In this document: piece by piece, positions 1-8,222 of the stretch
Layout of the letters: each line of letters opens with the position of its first letter
Numbering within the stretch: position 1 is the stretch's first letter
Assembly: GCA_025594325.1 (NCBI GenBank)
Contig: JANHCV010000017.1
Coordinates: 379,893 to 443,892 of the forward strand
Length of the DNA stretch: 64,000 nucleotides
Origin: Blastocladiella emersonii ATCC 22665
Lineage: Eukaryota > Fungi > Blastocladiomycota
Direction: 5' to 3'
Position numbers and translations under genes: made by a program
The notes under the pieces: model-generated
Database searches by the model: none
What the model saw: only the letters and a program-made list of their open reading frames with translations
What the model was told of the DNA's origin: nothing

Positions 1-859
1 TCCCGCATGTCAAGCTGGTTGAAGGCCCATTAATCACAGTATCGACCCAACAAGATATTTGACCATGGAAACATAGTAAACCAGCCACGCGGATAATTGT
101 CATGGTACTCAATCAAAACCATATTCATATTTTTGCTTCCCCGCATGTCAAGCTGGTTGAAGACCCATTAATCACAGTATCGAACCAACAAAATATCTGA
201 CCATGGAAATATAGTTAACCAGCCACGCGGACAATTGTCATGGTACTCAATCGAAACCACATTCAAGTCTTTGCTCTCCCGCATGTCAAGCTGGTTGAAG
301 GCCCATAAATCACAGTATCGACCCAACAAGATATTTGACCATGGAAATATAGTAAACCAGCCACGCGGATAATTGTCATGGTACTCAATCAAAACCATAT
401 TCAAGTCTTTGCTTTCCCGCACGTCCAGCTGGTTGAAGGCCCATAAATCACAGTATCGACCCAACAAAGTATCTGACAACCGAAATATAGCAGACAATCC
501 ACGCAGACAATTGTCATGCCACCTAATCAAAACCATATTCAAGTCTTTGCTTTCCCACATGTCAAGCTGGTTGAAGGCCCATAAATCACAGTATCGAACC
601 AACGAAATATCTGACCATGGAAATATAGTAAAGCAGCCACGCAGATAATTGTCATGGTACTTAATCAAAACCATATTCATATTTTTGCTTCCCCGCATGT
701 CAAGCTGGTTGAAGGCCCATAAATCACAGTATCGAACGAACAAGATATCTTACCATGGAAATATAGTTAACCAGCCACGCAAATGATTGTCATGCCACTT
801 AATCAAAACCATACTCAAATGGTCGATTACCCTCACGTCCAAGCGGCCAAGGACCCAAA
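1..859. repeat. 138-bp subrepeat array (partial, cut by window start)
   Basis: AATCACAGTATCGA recurs every 138 bp. The region corresponds to 2969-3827 of the next unit. Confidence 0.97.
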
Positions 860-1150
860 CCGCCAGATACCCAAATCTACGACCACGTTGCGCACACTCC
901 ACTAGCCAACTCTTCGATCCCCTAATTATGGAGCCCGTCGTCAAAGTCCACGGTCCAATCAACGAGGTAAACAGCGAACTTGTCAAACTGCCAACCTGCC
1001 AACCAAACACCCACGCCGCTTCTCAAGCCACGGTGGGCCCGCGCATTTGCGTTGCCGTCCCAGCCAACGAAGGAATGACTGATGAGCCCTGGTAGCCTGC
1101 TAGACTGACAGCCTGACAGCGCCCGCTCAGTTGCTATTATCTATCTCGTA

Positions 1151-1253
1151 GGTAGTCTGGGAGGAGTTCGTTAGTCGATACGCGACCAGTCTCCTCCTGG
1201 CTGCCCGCTCTGCTGCCATCTCCAAGGCCCGCATGAAGATGGGCCAGGGAGGT
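1151..1253 (+). other. Two adjacent predicted stem-loops (1151-1205 and 1218-1253), present in every unit
   Basis: Folded by hand. GGTAG-t-CTGGGAGGAG pairs with CTCCTCCTGG-CTGCC, with an inner GTCG/CGAC stem. ATCTCC-aa-GGCCC pairs with GGGCC-ag-GGAGGT. Function unknown; no RNA family recognised. Confidence 0.5.
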
Positions 1254-1310
1254 TTACGAGCATTTCCTATCTCTCCTCTCTCCGTGTGAAACCATTCACC
1301 CGCGGACGGA

Positions 1311-1429
1311 TGCGCACCACGCACCGTGCACCGCGCACCGCGCACCGCGCACCGCGCACCGTGCACCGCGCACCGCGCACCGCGCACCGCGCACCGCGCA
1401 CCGCGCACAGCGCACCGCGGACAGCGCCC
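1311..1429. repeat. 7-bp minisatellite (CGCGCAC)n with CGTGCAC/AGCGCAC/CGCGGAC variants; long allele, 17 units
   Basis: Parsed directly. Other alleles: 16 units (6971-7082), 14 units (27126-27223), 14 units with a different composition (50747-50844) and 12 units (53694-53777). Confidence 0.98.
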
Positions 1430-1685
1430 GATGCACCACACGCTGCGCACACGGCGCCAACGGCCACGCTGGTGTCACGCACACACACTCGCATGAACGG
1501 CAAGCAGGCAAGGCTTCCTCAACTCAACCATGATCCATCGTCCATGTCTGCTCGCTCCAACGGGTGCGCCTGCCTACCCTCCCAGTGCCATCGATTGATT
1601 GATTCATGTCCAGTGCTGCCCATGCTTTCATGGCCGCGGGGTCCGTCAGAACGCCTTGCAATGCGTGCGCCTGCATGCACCTGCA

Positions 1686-1735
1686 CTGCAGAGCGCTGCA
1701 GAGGGCTGCACAGCGCTGCGGAGGGCTGCAGAGGG
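1686..1735. repeat. Five imperfect 10-mers (CTGCAGAGSG), copy number invariant across units
   Basis: ctgcagagcg ctgcagaggg ctgcacagcg ctgcggaggg ctgcagaggg. Confidence 0.93.
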
Positions 1736-1908
1736 CTAAGGCGGCAGGGCTTCTCCTCCTGCAGGGGACAGTACCAAGGCCAAGGAGTGCTAGTGACTAC
1801 TAACGGAATGGTGATTGGCCCCCTTCACACGCTCCTGGCAGGACTGCGTGTGGGCGTGCGGGCGTTTGTGCGTGCGTGCCTTGATTCGTCCACCATCATA
1901 CGCGCAAA

Positions 1909-2006
1909 GTGACCAAGTGACCAAGTGACCAAGTGACCAAGTGACCAAGTGACCAAGGTGACCAAGGTGACCAAGGTGACCAAGGTGACCAAGGTGACCA
2001 AGTGAC
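1909..2006. repeat. Biphasic minisatellite (GTGACCAA)6(GGTGACCAA)5
   Basis: Counted directly. A short allele with 4 x 8-mer (16 bp shorter, e.g. 7562-7643) occurs in the units at 6447, 9116, 12061, 38404 and 41349. Confidence 0.98.
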
Positions 2007-2351
2007 ACACAAGCACCAAGCTAGGGTGGCCGGGCGGCCATGGAACGTACTGCATGGGAACCATTACCGTGGACTGGCCGCGGCCATTTATCGCAGCACA
2101 GCCCTGCCTGGCTCAGGACGCGGCGGGCGTGGGAGGCAGGCAGGGTAGATCGGTAGCAGCAGCAGGACCTGGCTAGCTGGCTGTCAAACAACACAAGTGA
2201 AGGGGTGCGTGAGGGAGGGTGTGTTGAATGAATGGATGGGTGGATGCAGGCAGAGAGAGACCTTCGTACGTGTCGTGGGTGATGAGGATTGGTTGGCCAC
2301 CATCCACCAACGCCATGGCATGGCTGCGGGTGTCGCTGCGTGCGCCTTGGC

Positions 2352-2385
2352 GGGTGGTGTTGGTGGGTGGGTGGTCTTGGTGGGT
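2352..2385 (+). repeat. 17-bp tandem duplication GGGTGGTSTTGGTGGGT; possible G-quadruplex motif
   Basis: gggtggtgttggtgggt followed by gggtggtcttggtgggt. Four GGG runs at 2352, 2365, 2369 and 2382 with loops of 10, 1 and 10 nt. Confidence 0.7.
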
Positions 2386-2518
2386 GCTGTGGTGGTAGTG
2401 GAGCTAGAGTGGTGCCGTGGGGCTCTTGGGGTCCCCTTTCCTTCCTGTCTGGCCTAGGTGGGTCGGCGGACGCAGCGCGCATGCGGGCAAGGTAACAACA
2501 TTGCTCACGCAATGGATC

Positions 2519-3754
2519 ATGTATTTTATGGCAAGTAGTCTGCGAAGCAGAGACGGGGATGTCCGGCCCAATCGGACCCTCCACGGATCACAATATGCAC
2601 GCAATGAATTGACTGATGATAGGGATGTACCAAACCAGCAACGTAGACAATTGTCGTGGTTGTCGAACAAAACCATATTCAAATCTTTGGCAACGCGCCT
2701 GTCCAGCTAGCCAGGGACCCATGAATCACAGTATCGACCCAACAAGATATTAGACCATGGTAATATAGTAAACCAACCTCGTACATAATTGTCATGGTAC
2801 TCAAACAAAACCATATTCAAGTCTTTGCTTTCCCGCATATCCAGCTGGCCAGGGACCCATAAATCACAGTATCGAACGAACAAGATATCTTACCATGGAA
2901 ATATAGTTAACCAGCCACGCGGACAATTGTCATGGTACTCAATCGAGACCACATTCAAGTCTTTGCTCTCCCGCATGTCAAGCTGGTTGAAGGCCCATTA
3001 ATCACAGTATCGACCCAACAAGATATTTGACCATGGAAACATAGTAAACCAGCCACGCGGATAATTGTCATGGTACTCAATCAAAACCATATTCATATTT
3101 TTGCTTCCCCGCATGTCAAGCTGGTTGAAGACCCATTAATCACAGTATCGAACCAACAAAATATCTGACCATGGAAATATAGTCAACCAGCCACGCGGAC
3201 AATTGTCATGGTACTCAATCGAAACCACATTCAAGTCTTTGCTCTCCCGCATGTCAAGCTGGTTGAAGGCCCATAAATCACAGTATCGACCCAACAAGAT
3301 ATTTGACCATGGAAATATAGTAAACCAGCCACGCGGATAATTGTCATGGTACTCAATCAAAACCATATTCAAGTCTTTGCTTTCCCGCACGTCCAGCTGG
3401 TTGAAGGCCCATAAATCACAGTATCGACCCAACAAAGTATCTGACAACCGAAATATAGCAGACAATCCACGCAGACAATTGTCATGCCACCTAATCAAAA
3501 CCATATTCAAGTCTTTGCTTTCCCACATGTCAAGCTGGTTGAAGGCCCATAAATCACAGTATCGAACCAACGAAATATCTGACCATGGAAATATAGTAAA
3601 GCAGCCACGCAGATAATTGTCATGGTACTTAATCAAAACCATATTCATATTTTTGCTTCCCCGCATGTCAAGCTGGTTGAAGGCCCATAAATCACAGTAT
3701 CGAACGAACAAGATATCTTACCATGGAAATATAGTTAACCAGCCACGCAAATGA
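2519..3754 (+). pseudogene. Cryptic 46-aa repeat reading frame: either a stop-interrupted relic or an intact 411-aa ORF if TAA/TAG encode Gln
   Basis: The frame is continuous with no frameshift from ATG 2519 to TGA 3752-3754, and all 7 internal stops are TAA or TAG. The repeat is approximately LSWYSIKTIFKSLLSRMSSWLKAHKSQYRPNKIFDHGNIVNQPRGQ. I recognise no protein family. Confidence 0.22.
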
Positions 3755-3827
3755 TTGTCATGCCACTTAATCAAAACCATACTCAAATGGTCGATTACCC
3801 TCACGTCCAAGCGGCCAAGGACCCAAA
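2586..3827. repeat. 138-bp subrepeat array, full allele (~9 monomers, diverged at both edges)
   Basis: Monomers are in phase at 2586 (degenerate), 2724, 2862, 3000, 3138, 3276, 3414, 3552 and 3690. Consensus is approximately aatcacagtatcgacccaacaagatatttgaccatggaaatatagtaaaccagccacgcggataattgtcatggtactcaatcaaaaccatattcaagtctttgctttcccgcatgtcaagctggttgaaggcccata. The full allele is present in all units except three. Confidence 0.98.
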
Positions 3828-5553
3828 CCGCCAGATACCCAAATCTACGACCACGTTGCGCACACTCCACTAGCCAACTCTTCGATCCCCTAATTATGGA
3901 GCCCGTCGTCAAAGTCCACGGTCCAATCAACGAGGTAAACAGCGAACTTGTCAAACTGCCAACCTGCCAACCAAACACCCACGCCGCTTCTCAAGCCACG
4001 GTGGGCCCGCGCATTTGCGTTGCCGTCCCAGCCAACGAAGGAATGACTGATGAGCCCTGGTAGCCTGCTAGACTGACAGCCTGACAGCGCCCGCTCAGTT
4101 GCTATTATCTATCTCGTAGGTAGTCTGGGAGGAGTTCGTTAGTCGATACGCGACCAGTCTCCTCCTGGCTGCCCGCTCTGCTGCCATCTCCAAGGCCCGC
4201 ATGAAGATGGGCCAGGGAGGTTTACGAGCATTTCCTATCTCTCCTCTCTCCGTGTGAAACCATTCACCCGCGGACGGATGCGCACCACGCACCGTGCACC
4301 GCGCACCGCGCACCGCGCACCGCGCACCGTGCACCGCGCACCGCGCACCGCGCACCGCGCACCGCGCACCGCGCACAGCGCACCGCGGACAGCGCCCGAT
4401 GCACCACACGCTGCGCACACGGCGCCAACGGCCACGCTGGTGTCACGCACACACACTCGCATGAACGGCAAGCAGGCAAGGCTTCCTCAACTCAACCATG
4501 ATCCATCGTCCATGTCTGCTCGCTCCAACGGGTGCGCCTGCCTACCCTCCCAGTGCCATCGATTGATTGATTCATGTCCAGTGCTGCCCATGCTTTCATG
4601 GCCGCGGGGTCCGTCAGAACGCCTTGCAATGCGTGCGCCTGCATGCACCTGCACTGCAGAGCGCTGCAGAGGGCTGCACAGCGCTGCGGAGGGCTGCAGA
4701 GGGCTAAGGCGGCAGGGCTTCTCCTCCTGCAGGGGACAGTACCAAGGCCAAGGAGTGCTAGTGACTACTAACGGAATGGTGATTGGCCCCCTTCACACGC
4801 TCCTGGCAGGACTGCGTGTGGGCGTGCGGGCGTTTGTGCGTGCGTGCCTTGATTCGTCCACCATCATACGCGCAAAGTGACCAAGTGACCAAGTGACCAA
4901 GTGACCAAGTGACCAAGTGACCAAGGTGACCAAGGTGACCAAGGTGACCAAGGTGACCAAGGTGACCAAGTGACACACAAGCACCAAGCTAGGGTGGCCG
5001 GGCGGCCATGGAACGTACTGCATGGGAACCATTACCGTGGACTGGCCGCGGCCATTTATCGCAGCACAGCCCTGCCTGGCTCAGGACGCGGCGGGCGTGG
5101 GAGGCAGGCAGGGTAGATCGGTAGCAGCAGCAGGACCTGGCTAGCTGGCTGTCAAACAACACAAGTGAAGGGGTGCGTGAGGGAGGGTGTGTTGAATGAA
5201 TGGATGGGTGGATGCAGGCAGAGAGAGACCTTCGTACGTGTCGTGGGTGATGAGGATTGGTTGGCCACCATCCACCAACGCCATGGCATGGCTGCGGGTG
5301 TCGCTGCGTGCGCCTTGGCGGGTGGTGTTGGTGGGTGGGTGGTCTTGGTGGGTGCTGTGGTGGTAGTGGAGCTAGAGTGGTGCCGTGGGGCTCTTGGGGT
5401 CCCCTTTCCTTCCTGTCTGGCCTAGGTGGGTCGGCGGACGCAGCGCGCATGCGGGCAAGGTAACAACATTGCTCACGCAATGGATCATGTATTTTATGGC
5501 AAGTAGTCTGCGAAGCAGAGACGGGGATGTCCGGCCCAATCGGACCCTCCACG

Positions 5554-6519
5554 GATCACAATATGCACGCAATGAATTGACTGATGATAGGGATGTACCA
5601 AACCAGCCACGTAGACAATTGTCGTGGTTGTCGAACAAAACCATATTCAAATCTTTGGCAACGCGCCTGTCCAGCTAGCCAGGGACCCATGAATCACAGT
5701 ATCGACCCAACAAGATATTTGACCATGGAAACATAGTAAACCAGCCACGCGGATAATTGTCATGGTACTCAATCAAAACCATATTCATATTTTTGCTTCC
5801 CCGCATGTCAAGCTGGTTGAAGACCCATTAATCACAGTATCGAACCAACAAAATATCTGACCATGGAAATATAGTCAACCAGCCACGCGGACAATTGTCA
5901 TGGTACTCAATCGAAACCACATTCAAGTCTTTGCTCTCCCGCATGTCAAGCTGGTTGAAGGCCCATAAATCACAGTATCGACCCAACAAGATATTTGACC
6001 ATGGAAATATAGTAAACCAGCCACGCGGATAATTGTCATGGTACTCAATCAAAACCATATTCAAGTCTTTGCTTTCCCGCACGTCCAGCTGGTTGAAGGC
6101 CCATAAATCACAGTATCGACCCAACAAAGTATCTGACAACCGAAATATAGCAGACAATCCACGCAGACAATTGTCATGCCACCTAATCAAAACCATATTC
6201 AAGTCTTTGCTTTCCCACATGTCAAGCTGGTTGAAGGCCCATAAATCACAGTATCGAACCAACGAAATATCTGACCATGGAAATATAGTAAAGCAGCCAC
6301 GCAGATAATTGTCATGGTACTTAATCAAAACCATATTCATATTTTTGCTTCCCCGCATGTCAAGCTGGTTGAAGGCCCATAAATCACAGTATCGAACGAA
6401 CAAGATATCTTACCATGGAAATATAGTTAACCAGCCACGCAAATGATTGTCATGCCACTTAATCAAAACCATACTCAAATGGTCGATTACCCTCACGTCC
6501 AAGCGGCCAAGGACCCAAA
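5554..6519. repeat. 138-bp subrepeat array, short allele (276 bp / two monomers deleted)
   Basis: The sequence jumps from gggacccatgaatcacagtatcgacccaacaagatatt straight to tgaccatggaaacatag. Period 2692 = 2968 - 276. Confidence 0.96.
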
Positions 6520-8222
6520 CCGCCAGATACCCAAATCTACGACCACGTTGCGCACACTCCACTAGCCAACTCTTCGATCCCCTAATTATGGAGCCCGTCG
6601 TCAAAGTCCACGGTCCAATCAACGAGGTAAACAGCGAACTTGTCAAACTGCCAACCTGCCAACCAAACACCCACGCCGCTTCTCAAGCCACGGTGGGCCC
6701 GCGCATTTGCGTTGCCGTCCCAGCCAACGAAGGAATGACTGATGAGCCCTGGTAGCCTGCTAGACTGACAGCCTGACAGCGCCCGCTCAGTTGCTATTAT
6801 CTATCTCGTAGGTAGTCTGGGAGGAGTTCGTTAGTCGATACGCGACCAGTCTCCTCCTGGCTGCCCGCTCTGCTGCCATCTCCAAGGCCCGCATGAAGAT
6901 GGGCCAGGGAGGTTTACGAGCATTTCCTATCTCTCCTCTCTCCGTGTGAAACCATTCACCCGCGGACGGATGCGCACCACGCACCGTGCACCGCGCACCG
7001 CGCACCGCGCACCGCGCACCGTGCACCGCGCACCGCGCACCGCGCACAGCGCACCGCGGACAGCGCACCGCGGACAGCGCCCGATGCACCACACGCTGCG
7101 CACACGGCGCCAACGGCCACGCTGGTGTCACGCACACACACTCGCATGAACGGCAAGCAGGCAAGGCTTCCTCAACTCAACCATGATCCATCGTCCATGT
7201 CTGCTCGCTCCAACGGGTGCGCCTGCCTACCCTCCCAGTGCCATCGATTGATTGATTCATGTCCAGTGCTGCCCATGCTTTCATGGCCGCGGGGTCCGTC
7301 AGAACGCCTTGCAATGCGTGCGCCTGCATGCACCTGCACTGCAGAGCGCTGCAGAGGGCTGCACAGCGCTGCGGAGGGCTGCAGAGGGCTAAGGCGGCAG
7401 GGCTTCTCCTCCTGCAGGGGACAGTACCAAGGCCAAGGAGTGCTAGTGACTACTAACGGAATGGTGATTGGCCCCCTTCACACGCTCCTGGCAGGACTGC
7501 GTGTGGGCGTGCGGGCGTTTGTGCGTGCGTGCCTTGATTCGTCCACCATCATACGCGCAAAGTGACCAAGTGACCAAGTGACCAAGTGACCAAGGTGACC
7601 AAGGTGACCAAGGTGACCAAGGTGACCAAGGTGACCAAGTGACACACAAGCACCAAGCTAGGGTGGCCGGGCGGCCATGGAACGTACTGCATGGGAACCA
7701 TTACCGTGGACTGGCCGCGGCCATTTATCGCAGCACAGCCCTGCCTGGCTCAGGACGCGGCGGGCGTGGGAGGCAGGCAGGGTAGATCGGTAGCAGCAGC
7801 AGGACCTGGCTAGCTGGCTGTCAAACAACACAAGTGAAGGGGTGCGTGAGGGAGGGTGTGTTGAATGAATGGATGGGTGGATGCAGGCAGAGAGAGACCT
7901 TCGTACGTGTCGTGGGTGATGAGGATTGGTTGGCCACCATCCACCAACGCCATGGCATGGCTGCGGGTGTCGCTGCGTGCGCCTTGGCGGGTGGTGTTGG
8001 TGGGTGGGTGGTCTTGGTGGGTGCTGTGGTGGTAGTGGAGCTAGAGTGGTGCCGTGGGGCTCTTGGGGTCCCCTTTCCTTCCTGTCTGGCCTAGGTGGGT
8101 CGGCGGACGCAGCGCGCATGCGGGCAAGGTAACAACATTGCTCACGCAATGGATCATGTATTTTATGGCAAGTAGTCTGCGAAGCAGAGACGGGGATGTC
8201 CGGCCCAATCGGACCCTCCACG

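Larger units (their letters stand above)
787..3754. repeat. Representative full-length unit (2968 bp); phase is arbitrary
   Basis: Order within the unit: decayed 138-bp monomer tail, C-rich segment, hairpins, 7-mer VNTR, 10-mer repeat, 8/9-mer VNTR, G/T-rich segment, 138-bp array. The same order holds in every unit. Confidence 0.97.

Noticed and set aside
168-743. 191-aa minus-strand ORF with a 46-aa repeat (RYCDLWAFNQLD...), present in each unit
   Set aside because: It is the antisense frame sharing wobble positions with the + frame. It starts at TTG, is bounded by stops created by monomer variants, and has less conservative replacements. I recognise no domain in it.
913-922. TTCGATCCCC, tRNA T-loop-like
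   Set aside because: There is no preceding G of GTTCRA, no T-stem, and no cloverleaf or A box.
1079-1085. CTGATGA, hammerhead ribozyme core (also at 2613-2619)
   Set aside because: No stem II followed by GAAA and no stem I/III arrangement could be built by hand. The second copy aligns with ttgacca of the 138-bp monomer. An RNAMotif or Infernal search would settle it.
1189-1210. GTC-TCCTCCT-GGC resembling HDV-like ribozyme P3/L3
   Set aside because: It lacks the conserved L3 G, the P1.1 GG and an upstream P1 partner, and is better explained by the long hairpin.
1244-1262. CCAGG-N10-AGCA resembling SRP RNA helix 8
   Set aside because: The intervening 10 nt (GAGGTTTACG) cannot form the stem and GNRA tetraloop, and no other SRP elements are present.
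1909-2006. GTGACCAA or CGCGCAC tracts as telomeric repeats
   Set aside because: They are short internal tracts within each unit and match no telomere motif I know. A telomere check of the source assembly would confirm.
1127-2064. ORFs with HRAPRTA, CAVRGAR, LGHLVTWS and LVT repeats
   Set aside because: These are direct translations of the 7-mer and 8/9-mer repeats. Their frames shift between units as VNTR length changes by 7 or 16 bp.
2279-2285. GTGATGA, C/D snoRNA box C
   Set aside because: No box D (CTGA) within a plausible distance and no terminal stem.
1028-2393. Short 5S rRNA-like words (CCACGGTGGG 1028-1037, GGATGGGTG 2234-2242, GGGTGCTGTGGT 2382-2393)
   Set aside because: They are scattered over more than 1 kb and do not form a colinear ~120-nt gene with box A/C spacing and an oligo-T terminator. 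I also recognised no 18S, 5.8S or 28S sequence, so this is not a complete rDNA unit.
2021-2584. 187-aa Pro/His-rich minus-strand ORF and overlapping G/V/W-rich plus-strand ORFs
   Set aside because: Low-complexity products of a G/T-skewed, stop-poor tract with several overlapping frames open and no recognisable motif.
2586-3827. Regular repeats as a possible CRISPR array
   Set aside because: Monomers are contiguous, with no unique spacers and no cas genes.
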